Below are positions 1 through 6,486 of a stretch of 32,000 nucleotides of DNA, piece by piece. The stretch comes from Candidatus Saccharimonadota bacterium (GTDB taxonomy: Bacteria; Patescibacteriota; Saccharimonadia; Saccharimonadales; Saccharimonadaceae): assembly GCA_025349965.1 (NCBI GenBank), contig CP075337.1, positions 60,001 through 92,000 of the forward strand, read 5' to 3'. The translations under genes and the position numbers were made by a program. Within the stretch, counting starts at the first letter, position 1. Every line of letters begins with the position of its first letter. Below the pieces are notes generated by a model, which saw nothing but the letters and a program-made list of their open reading frames with translations, did no database searches and had not been told where the DNA came from.

Positions 1-148
1 TTTTGAAAGCCTGCATCTTCTCGGCATCGTACACGGATGTATAAATTGGTGCGTTTGGAAATAGTTTGTGGATCTCGAGTACGAGTGGCTCGGCGCCACC
101 CATATTCGTGAGCCAGTCGTGGACTATAGCAACTCTTCGACGAGCCAC
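1..148 (-). CDS. Glycosyltransferase family 4 (GT-B fold), N-terminal 49 codons only; gene runs off the left window edge
   Basis: Not in the ORF track because it is open at the edge. Reverse translation from GTG 148-146 gives VARRRVAIVHDWLTNMGGAEPLVLEIHKLFPNAPIYTSVYDAEKMQAFK. This is the canonical GT4 N-terminus (IVHDWL..GGAE....FP.A.IYT). The start abuts the TAA (151-149) of the upstream sugar transferase. Confidence 0.7.
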   Translation of the reverse strand, partial: MARRRVAIVHDWLTNMGGAEPLVLEIHKLFPNAPIYTSVYDAEKMQAFK

Positions 149-1585
149 TTACTTTGCACCCTTTTTGCGAAGTACAACCCAAACAGTCTTGAAGAGAATC
201 TTGATATCAAGCCAGAACGTCCAGTTCTGCGCGTAGAAGAGTTCAAGTTCAATACGATCATTGAAGCTTAGCTCGCTGCGACCCGATACCTGCCACAAGC
301 CAGTAACGCCAGATTTAACGCTATGGAGAAGTGCAGTACGACCCCTGGCGAGTTTCATTTCTTGAGGGAGGATGGGGCGTGGGCCAACGAGACTTAGGTC
401 GCCTTTGAGCACGTTGAATAGTTGGGGTAATTCGTCAAGAGAGGTGGCTCGTAGCCAGTTGCCGAACTTCGTGATGCGCGGGTCGTTGTCAACCTTGCGG
501 TTACGTTCGTATTCCTTCGCTAGGTCTTCTCGGCCCATCTCGCGGAACTCTTCGGCGGCATCTTTGCCTCCGTACTGAGCACCCATGCTGCGGAATTTAA
601 TCAAGCCAATGGGCTGTGAGAACCGGCTGAGGCGCTTACTGATGTAGAAGGCAGGTCCTGGGTCGGCTAGTTTTTTGACGATGAAGAGGATGATGAAAAT
701 TGGTGACAGGAGCGCTATGAGAACGAGGCTAGTAAAGAAGTCAAAGATGCGCTTCACGATGGCGCCCCATCCTACGAGAGGGGTTTGGTAGACAGTAATC
801 ATTGGATAACCAGCAAAGATATCAACGGTGTTTTTTCCTGAATAAAACTCAGATTCACCGGGAATGAAACTGTATTCTGCATGGAAGCGTTGGGCTTCAG
901 AGAGGATCCGCTGATTGCGTTCGGCATTTTCATAAAGCTCGGTCTGCATAATTGCGGTGATATTGAGTGCTTCGAGTTGCTTCAGAGCTGCTTCTGGTGA
1001 CGAGAAGTGAAGGGCGTTAATTCCTACTGGAAGGTATTTCTTTTCACAGGCAATGGCAACAACGTGATAGCCACTATGTTTTGTGTCAGCGAGGTTGTGC
1101 GCAAGATCACCGGTAACCTCCGAAGAGCCGATGATAAGCAACCGCTTTACCCCTTTGCCGTAGCGGAAGTTGAGTGTTCGGATGAGTCGCATAACTTCCC
1201 TTTCGATAACAATAAGAAAGAATGAGATGAAAAGGGCGTAGACGGCGACGAGTCGCGCAGGAAAGAGTTCTTTTTCGCTTGCGTATTCCCAGCCGATGAT
1301 AAGAAGAATGCCAAGGAAAGACCCGATGGCAATTTTGCTCCACTCAACTAAACGGCGATTGTATGTTTTTGACTGGTAAAGTCCAATAAGCGCGAAGATC
1401 CCAATCCAGAACGGGACTATTAAGAGAAAGGCAAAAAGGTAATCGTACGCGTAGATGTTATGAAGGAGTGGACGGGGGTCGTATTGCACACGTGCAATAT
1501 ACGCAAGGACAAAGGCAGCAATAAGAACAAGTGTATCTATGAGGATAAGGACAAGGTTGTGGGTCCTTGAATTTTGACGGTTCAT
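149..1585 (-). CDS. Polyprenyl-phosphate glycosylphosphotransferase (bacterial sugar transferase family, WbaP/CpsE-like initiating enzyme)
   Basis: N-terminal TM helices and a central LLIIGSSEVTGDLA nucleotide-binding-like segment. The C-terminal catalytic domain carries KRIFDFFTSLVLIALLSPIFI, IKFRSM, DPRITKFGNWLRATSLDELPQLFNVLKGDLSLVGPRP and GLWQVSGRS. The track ORF extends to 1633, but Met17 (ATG 1585-1583) avoids a divergent 5' overlap with 1607.. and lies 7 nt after a -10 hexamer. Confidence 0.9.
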   Translation of the reverse strand: MNRQNSRTHNLVLILIDTLVLIAAFVLAYIARVQYDPRPLLHNIYAYDYLFAFLLIVPFWIGIFALIGLYQSKTYNRRLVEWSKIAIGSFLGILLIIGWEYASEKELFPARLVAVYALFISFFLIVIEREVMRLIRTLNFRYGKGVKRLLIIGSSEVTGDLAHNLADTKHSGYHVVAIACEKKYLPVGINALHFSSPEAALKQLEALNITAIMQTELYENAERNQRILSEAQRFHAEYSFIPGESEFYSGKNTVDIFAGYPMITVYQTPLVGWGAIVKRIFDFFTSLVLIALLSPIFIILFIVKKLADPGPAFYISKRLSRFSQPIGLIKFRSMGAQYGGKDAAEEFREMGREDLAKEYERNRKVDNDPRITKFGNWLRATSLDELPQLFNVLKGDLSLVGPRPILPQEMKLARGRTALLHSVKSGVTGLWQVSGRSELSFNDRIELELFYAQNWTFWLDIKILFKTVWVVLRKKGAK

Positions 1586-1621
1586 AGTACGTAGTATACT
1601 AGGGGTATGGGGATGGTGCAA
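1574..1621. promoter_or_regulatory. Overlapping divergent sigma70-type promoters sharing a palindromic -10 (TAGTATACTA)
   Basis: Plus strand: TTGACG (1574-1579), 15-nt spacer, TATACT (1595-1600), then ATG at 1607. Minus strand: TTGCAC (1621-1616), 17-nt spacer, TATACT (1598-1593), then ATG at 1585. Both imply leaderless or near-leaderless mRNAs. Confidence 0.4.
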
Positions 1622-2953
1622 AGCATATTGCATTGGTATGACACAAAAACGTCCTGGTTAGAAAAAGCCTATGTATGGCTTTTGGCGGGGGTGCTTTTTG
1701 GTATTGTCCTTCATGCACCAATTTCAGTTGGCTTCGGAGCGCTTGCGCCAGATATCTCGCTGACTATTAAGTCATGGAAAGAGATCCTTCTTGGGCTAGC
1801 GGGGGTATTGCTCGTAGTTATTCTTACAACAAAAAAGCAATGGGGTATATTTCACTCTAAGCTTTTTTACTTTATTCTTGCCTTCGCGGGCATTAATCTG
1901 CTACTGGTGCCGGTTTTTTATACTGGGTTGGAGTCGACACTTGCTGGTTTGCTTATTAATCTACGCTATCTTTTCATGTTTGCGCTTGTATTTGCGGCCG
2001 TGCGACTCTATCCAAAAGCGGTACCACTCTTTCTTTCAGTAGTTGCGTCCGGCGCGGCGGTGGTTATTCTGTTTGCACTTCTTCAATTAACGGTACTTCC
2101 GCATGATATTTTGAAGTACATTGGTTATGGCGAATCAACGATAATGCCGTACCTCACGGTTGATCAAAATATGGATTTCGTACGTATTAACAGTACACTC
2201 CGTGGCCCGAATCCACTCGGCGCATATATGATTGTTGTACTTACACTTATTTTGGCGAGCATGGTAAAAGTTACCAAACCAGTTACACCGCGGTGGCGCT
2301 GGGTGTATGGAATAGTCACTGTGAGTGCTGTAATTATTTTATGGACAACCTACTCTCGAAGTGCCATCCTAGGTGCTGCTATTGCGCTTGGTGTTGTGGC
2401 GCTTGTTGTCTATGGACGACGCATTACTCGAGGTGTATGGCTAGGTGTTGGTGTTGTTGGAATCTTGCTTATGGGAGGGCTCGTGGCCGCAAAGGATACA
2501 AGCTTTGTCTCAAATGTCATTTTGCATGAGAATCCTGGTGAGGGTGGTACGGTTAATTCCAATGATCAGCACGCGGAGTCACTTGCGGTGGGCGTAGAGC
2601 GCATGCTAAAGCAGCCATTTGGTGGTGGAATTGGGAGTACTGGATCTGCCTCGCTCTATACTGACGCACCGATTGTTATTGAAAATCAGTATTTATTTAT
2701 CGCTCATGAATTGGGATGGTTTGGCTTGGCGGCGTTTCTTGCCATTCTTGGAATTATTTTCGTGCAACTGTGGCGGAATCGTGCGCAGTGGTTGAGTCTG
2801 GGGGTATTTGCTTCTGGGGTGGCGTTGGTGTTTGTGGGCCTTATTCAACCCGTATGGGTGGATGATACGGTCGCAATTGTTTGGTGGGCGCTTGCTGGAA
2901 TGGCCGTGGCGATAGCTCCTCGTTCAAAAAAGAAGGAGGTGGCACGTGTCTGA
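1607..2953 (+). CDS. O-antigen ligase / O-antigen polymerase-like (Wzy_C family) polytopic membrane protein
   Basis: 448 aa, about 10-12 hydrophobic helices. A single large loop (ENPGEGGTVNSNDQHAESLAVGVERMLKQPFGGGIGSTG) is followed by ENQYLFIAHELGWFGL, the pattern typical of this family. Adjacent to glycan-assembly genes. Confidence 0.65.
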   Translation: MGMVQSILHWYDTKTSWLEKAYVWLLAGVLFGIVLHAPISVGFGALAPDISLTIKSWKEILLGLAGVLLVVILTTKKQWGIFHSKLFYFILAFAGINLLLVPVFYTGLESTLAGLLINLRYLFMFALVFAAVRLYPKAVPLFLSVVASGAAVVILFALLQLTVLPHDILKYIGYGESTIMPYLTVDQNMDFVRINSTLRGPNPLGAYMIVVLTLILASMVKVTKPVTPRWRWVYGIVTVSAVIILWTTYSRSAILGAAIALGVVALVVYGRRITRGVWLGVGVVGILLMGGLVAAKDTSFVSNVILHENPGEGGTVNSNDQHAESLAVGVERMLKQPFGGGIGSTGSASLYTDAPIVIENQYLFIAHELGWFGLAAFLAILGIIFVQLWRNRAQWLSLGVFASGVALVFVGLIQPVWVDDTVAIVWWALAGMAVAIAPRSKKKEVARV

Positions 2954-3380
2954 TCGTTCCACGAAACGGCAAAAAGAATTGCTAGAGTATGTAGACAAGT
3001 TTATTAAAGAACATGGCTACGGACCGAGCTACCGTGAGATTATGCGTGCGCTTGGCTATAAATCAGTTTCAACTGTGGCGATTCATATTGATGGGCTTAT
3101 CGCAAAGGGGTATGTCCGGAAGACAAGCCATTCTGCGCGGTCACTTGAAGTGATTACGTCGCGGTACGGTGCGGGAGACATTCCCGTATCTAAGCCGAGC
3201 GCCGCGAAAGAAAAGTGGCTTGTGGAAGCAGTTGAGGCACGGTTTGGGCAGTATGACCAGAATAAAGATGCAGGCGTACTTGATGAGCTCTATGTGCTTA
3301 TCGGAGCGTTAAAGGTGCTTGGGTTTGACGGTGCATACGAGGCGATGCGCGCGAAACTAGCACGGAAGTTGGGGGTGTAA
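2946..3380 (+). CDS. LexA-N-terminal-type winged-helix DNA-binding protein without an S24 peptidase domain
   Basis: GTG start preceded by AGGAGG (2933-2938). The N-terminus KRQKELLEYVDKFIKEHGYGPSYREIMRALGYKSVSTVAIHIDGLIAKGYVRK matches the LexA DNA-binding domain pattern. The remaining ~75 aa are helical, with no Ser/Lys autopeptidase motifs. Confidence 0.7.
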   Translation: MSDRSTKRQKELLEYVDKFIKEHGYGPSYREIMRALGYKSVSTVAIHIDGLIAKGYVRKTSHSARSLEVITSRYGAGDIPVSKPSAAKEKWLVEAVEARFGQYDQNKDAGVLDELYVLIGALKVLGFDGAYEAMRAKLARKLGV

Positions 3381-5155
3381 TGTCCGAGGGATATCACAAA
3401 ACATACAGCAAGTTTAAGGCGCACGGTGAGCAGTTTGCGAAGTCGGTGCATTATCATGCATTGAGTACGCCAAAAAAGATTGCGCTTTCGGCCGGAGGTG
3501 CTGTTTTGGTGGCGGTGCTTATCTTCCAGTTTATGTTCCCAACTGACACAATCTTGCCTTTCGCAAAGATAGATTCAGTTGCCGTGGGTGGAAAGCAGAA
3601 GCAAGAGGTAGTGAAGCTTCTCGATAGGTCTTATGCGGAGGCAAAAGTGCCGATTTACTTTTCAAGTGATACAAAGTTGAAGGTCGCACCTTCCTATGCT
3701 GACCTTGGTGTAAAGGTGGGTAATGAGCAACGCGTAAAAGCCTTGGATTATCCTTGGTATGTGCGGTTGGTGCCAAGCTCTATCTTGTGGTACGGATTGA
3801 TTGACCAGTCTGGAAGTCCAGAAATAGCGCGGGATTCAAAAAAGCTCGACTCTTACTTTGCAGATCATTTTGGTGCTAATTGTACGCTTGAGCCAGTCAA
3901 TGCAACAATTAGTGTTAAAGATGAAAAGTTAACTGTTGAGCCATCAATTAGTGGCGGAACCTGTGACTATAAGGAGCTTCACCCTAAGTTGGAAAAAGTA
4001 GCCGTCCAGCTTCATCCTGAGAAGATTATTGTTAAGGGTACAACGAAAAATCCTGTTATCTCTGACGAGATGGCTGAAAAAGAAAAGAAACGCCTCAAAG
4101 AATTACTTGATCAAGGTGTGAAACTGCAAGTTGGTGATAAGACTGAGCAGCTCAATACGAAGGATGTCTATACATGGCTTGGATACGTTGCCGAAGAGGG
4201 GAAACTACTTGCCTCGCTTGATGCACAGAAAGCTGAGCCGTGGCTTGAAGAGAAGTTTGGGAAGCAGCTTGCGATTGCGCCCGGTACAACAAAGGTGGTA
4301 ACACGCGACTTTACGGAAATTTCCCGCGTAAATGGTACGAGTGGGCAGGCGATAGATACGAGTGCGACGCGCCAGGCACTTGAGCATCAGCTCCGAGGAA
4401 AGACTGATGTATCTAAAGCTGCCACAAAGACAGTTGCGCCAAAGGTTCAATATGAGCGGAGTTATAGCCCAACCGACGAGGGGCTTTCGGCGCTTCTAAA
4501 GAATTTTGCCGAATCACACTCGGGTTCGTATGGCATTAGTATGGTTGAATTGGGTGGTAGGGGGCGACGTGCTGACTACAATGCAACAGCGCAATTTACC
4601 ACGGCAAGTACCTACAAGCTCTTTGTTGTATACAGTGCCATGCTACGCGTAGAAAGCGGTAGTTGGCGACTGACAGATCAGATAAGTGGCGGGCGAGACC
4701 TTGCAAAATGTATTGATGATACGATTGTGCAATCTGATAACGCCTGTGCGGAGGCGATGCTTAAGAAGATAGGGTATTCACAGGTGACGAATGAAGCCCG
4801 AGCAATCGGTGCAACCAGCACCTCATTCCTTGGAAGTAACGGTATTAAATCAACTGCGCGAGACGAGGCGATCTTCATGGGTGCGCTGTATTCAGGGCAG
4901 CTGTTATCGCAGCAATCAAGCCGCGATAGGATTATTGGCGCCTTGAAGCGTAATGTGTACCGAAAAGGTATTCCAGCAGGGTTACCAGGGATAGCCGTGG
5001 CAGACAAAGTTGGATTCCTCGATGGGCTATTGCACGATGCATCAATTGTTTACAGCCCAAGCGGTGCGTACGTGCTGGTTATTTTGACGGATAATTCAAG
5101 TTGGGCAAACATTGCCGAACTTGCGAAGCAAATTGAAGCGCTCAGAAACGCGTAA
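3380..5155 (+). CDS. Membrane-anchored serine hydrolase with a C-terminal class-A beta-lactamase / penicillin-binding-like domain
   Basis: N-terminal TM (IALSAGGAVLVAVLIFQFMF) and an ~330-aa extracytoplasmic linker. The C-terminal domain has SxxK (ASTYK), SDN (QSDNACAEAM) and a KTG-like triad (ADKVGF) in the class A order. The start overlaps the upstream stop (TAATG). Confidence 0.75.
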   Translation: MSEGYHKTYSKFKAHGEQFAKSVHYHALSTPKKIALSAGGAVLVAVLIFQFMFPTDTILPFAKIDSVAVGGKQKQEVVKLLDRSYAEAKVPIYFSSDTKLKVAPSYADLGVKVGNEQRVKALDYPWYVRLVPSSILWYGLIDQSGSPEIARDSKKLDSYFADHFGANCTLEPVNATISVKDEKLTVEPSISGGTCDYKELHPKLEKVAVQLHPEKIIVKGTTKNPVISDEMAEKEKKRLKELLDQGVKLQVGDKTEQLNTKDVYTWLGYVAEEGKLLASLDAQKAEPWLEEKFGKQLAIAPGTTKVVTRDFTEISRVNGTSGQAIDTSATRQALEHQLRGKTDVSKAATKTVAPKVQYERSYSPTDEGLSALLKNFAESHSGSYGISMVELGGRGRRADYNATAQFTTASTYKLFVVYSAMLRVESGSWRLTDQISGGRDLAKCIDDTIVQSDNACAEAMLKKIGYSQVTNEARAIGATSTSFLGSNGIKSTARDEAIFMGALYSGQLLSQQSSRDRIIGALKRNVYRKGIPAGLPGIAVADKVGFLDGLLHDASIVYSPSGAYVLVILTDNSSWANIAELAKQIEALRNA

Positions 5156-5174
5156 ATTTATTGCATAGAACACC

Positions 5175-5203
5175 TTGACGACACGGTGTCTGGACGGTAT
5201 AAT
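5175..5203 (+). promoter_or_regulatory. Sigma70-type promoter of tRNA-Asn
   Basis: TTGACG (5175-5180), 17-nt spacer, TATAAT (5198-5203). It lies 11 nt upstream of the mature tRNA 5' end. Confidence 0.6.
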
Positions 5204-5214
5204 ACATCTTGTAT

Positions 5215-5289
5215 TCCGGCGTGGCGCAGCGGTAGCGCAAGATGCTGTTAACATCGAGGTCGCTGGTTCGAATCCAGCCGCCGGAGCCA
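5215..5289 (+). tRNA. tRNA-Asn (anticodon GUU), CCA encoded
   Basis: Hand-folded cloverleaf:
- Acceptor stem TCCGGCG/CGCCGGA.
- D-arm GCGC-AGCGGTA-GCGC.
- Anticodon loop CTGTTAA (GTT at 5247-5249).
- T-arm GCTGG-TTCGAAT-CCAGC.
- Discriminator G, then CCA. Confidence 0.9.
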
Positions 5290-5292
5290 TAG

Positions 5293-5330
5293 AAAAAGCC
5301 TTAGGTATTTACATCTAAGGCTTTTTCTTT
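5293..5330 (+). terminator. Rho-independent terminator (symmetric, potentially bidirectional)
   Basis: 12-bp perfect stem AAAAAGCCTTAG (5293-5304) / CTAAGGCTTTTT (5315-5326) with a 10-nt loop, followed by a T-rich tail. An A-run on the 5' side allows use from the minus strand too. Confidence 0.7.
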
Positions 5331-5394
5331 AGTTTTGCGTTTGGTCGCGGTGCGATACCAAGGAGCGGTGGAGGAAAGTTTACTTTCAAACATG

Positions 5395-5434
5395 CGACGC
5401 TGGTATATTTTAAATAATCCAGCCGCCGGAGCCA
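5395..5434 (+). repeat. Degenerate duplicate of the tRNA-Asn 3' portion (T-arm plus acceptor 3' strand)
   Basis: AATCCAGCCGCCGGAGCCA (5416-5434) is a perfect 19-nt copy of tRNA positions 5271-5289. Upstream, CGCTGGT also matches the T-stem 5' strand, but the T-loop is replaced by an AT-rich insertion. Confidence 0.6.
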
Positions 5435-5511
5435 GACTAGATACCCACAAAGTTCTAAACCGGTATCCCTGCAATAATTACTTTATGAAATCGAACAGGG
5501 ACGATATAAGC

Positions 5512-6318
5512 TTAGCGTCGCCAAATGTCGAACGTGATGCCTTGTTTGCCGGCTAATTGTTGCAATAATCTAGCTATTTTCCTACCCTGCAGGGGGGTAA
5601 TTTCATGAGTTCCTAAGAGGGATTTGAACGTGACAAATTTAGGATTTTGGTGTGCAATTTTTTGTAAATTTTTACGGATAATAAAGAAGTCTAGTAGGCC
5701 ACCGACGAGCAGTGTAGGTGTCCGTAGGCGAAGAGCGTCTTTGTATGAACCAAATTGCATAATGGTATTATTCAAACTCGCTTTAAATGCCGGCCAGGTT
5801 GCCTCGTTGATCTCCATACCTTTAACTGTAGGGAGTGTTTTGCTGGCGCTTTTCGCGCTTGTTATTGTGAAATCGGGATTGTTTTTCAAAAAAGAAAAGA
5901 TGGTGAAGTATGTATTTTCTGGAAATCTGAAGCGCTCTAGCCAGCTACGCGTTGGGAGCTTCTCGTATAGGGGTGCTCCAAATAGTGCTAAGTGTTGAAC
6001 GAGGTCCGGTCGCTGCTTTGCAATCTCAATGGCAACGATACAGCCCATGGAGTGACCAGCAAGAATAACGTTTGTTAAATTGAGCGTGTCCATTGTTTGT
6101 ATTGCTGCTTTTGCATGTTCCTCGGGGGTGTAGGGGTGTCCTTTCGGCTTCGGCGCGTCTCCAAAGCCAAGGAGGTCAAAAGCGACGACGTGCACTTTTT
6201 TGTAATTGAACCGTCGCAATACAAATGTCCAGCTTTTATAGTTATTGCCCAGGCCGTGCAACAGAACAACTGTTGGTCCATTGCCCTTGTTAATTTGAAT
6301 CGGAAGAATATGGCTCAT
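5512..6318 (-). CDS. Alpha/beta-fold hydrolase
   Basis: 268 aa. VVLLHGLGNNYKSW oxyanion region, nucleophile elbow GHSMGC, and a late His (GTHEITP). Confidence 0.8.
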   Translation of the reverse strand: MSHILPIQINKGNGPTVVLLHGLGNNYKSWTFVLRRFNYKKVHVVAFDLLGFGDAPKPKGHPYTPEEHAKAAIQTMDTLNLTNVILAGHSMGCIVAIEIAKQRPDLVQHLALFGAPLYEKLPTRSWLERFRFPENTYFTIFSFLKNNPDFTITSAKSASKTLPTVKGMEINEATWPAFKASLNNTIMQFGSYKDALRLRTPTLLVGGLLDFFIIRKNLQKIAHQNPKFVTFKSLLGTHEITPLQGRKIARLLQQLAGKQGITFDIWRR

Positions 6319-6486
6319 AGTCTATATAGTATAACTGATACACAGGTTAGGTTTAACCGAAGTTGATAGTCCGGAGTTTTTCGTGGCGATGGTTGACGCG
6401 TGCGGGAGTTGAGTTGGTGTCTTTGGTTGAGAAGTGGAGACTCTTTTGCCCTTTTTGATTCAAAAAGATATAATAATACGTAAGCT

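Noticed and set aside
5096-5290. A 64-aa minus-strand ORF and the 73-aa plus-strand ORF at 5335-5556.
   Set aside because: The first is antisense to tRNA-Asn and its promoter. The second spans the terminator-proximal spacer and the duplicated tRNA fragment. Neither has an SD or recognisable protein features.
6455-6474. TTGATT ... TATAAT upstream of PBP1A, considered as a -35/-10 pair.
   Set aside because: The spacer is only 8 nt, so it cannot be a functional sigma70 -35/-10 pair. TATAAT (6469-6474) alone may act as a -10, but support is insufficient to annotate it.
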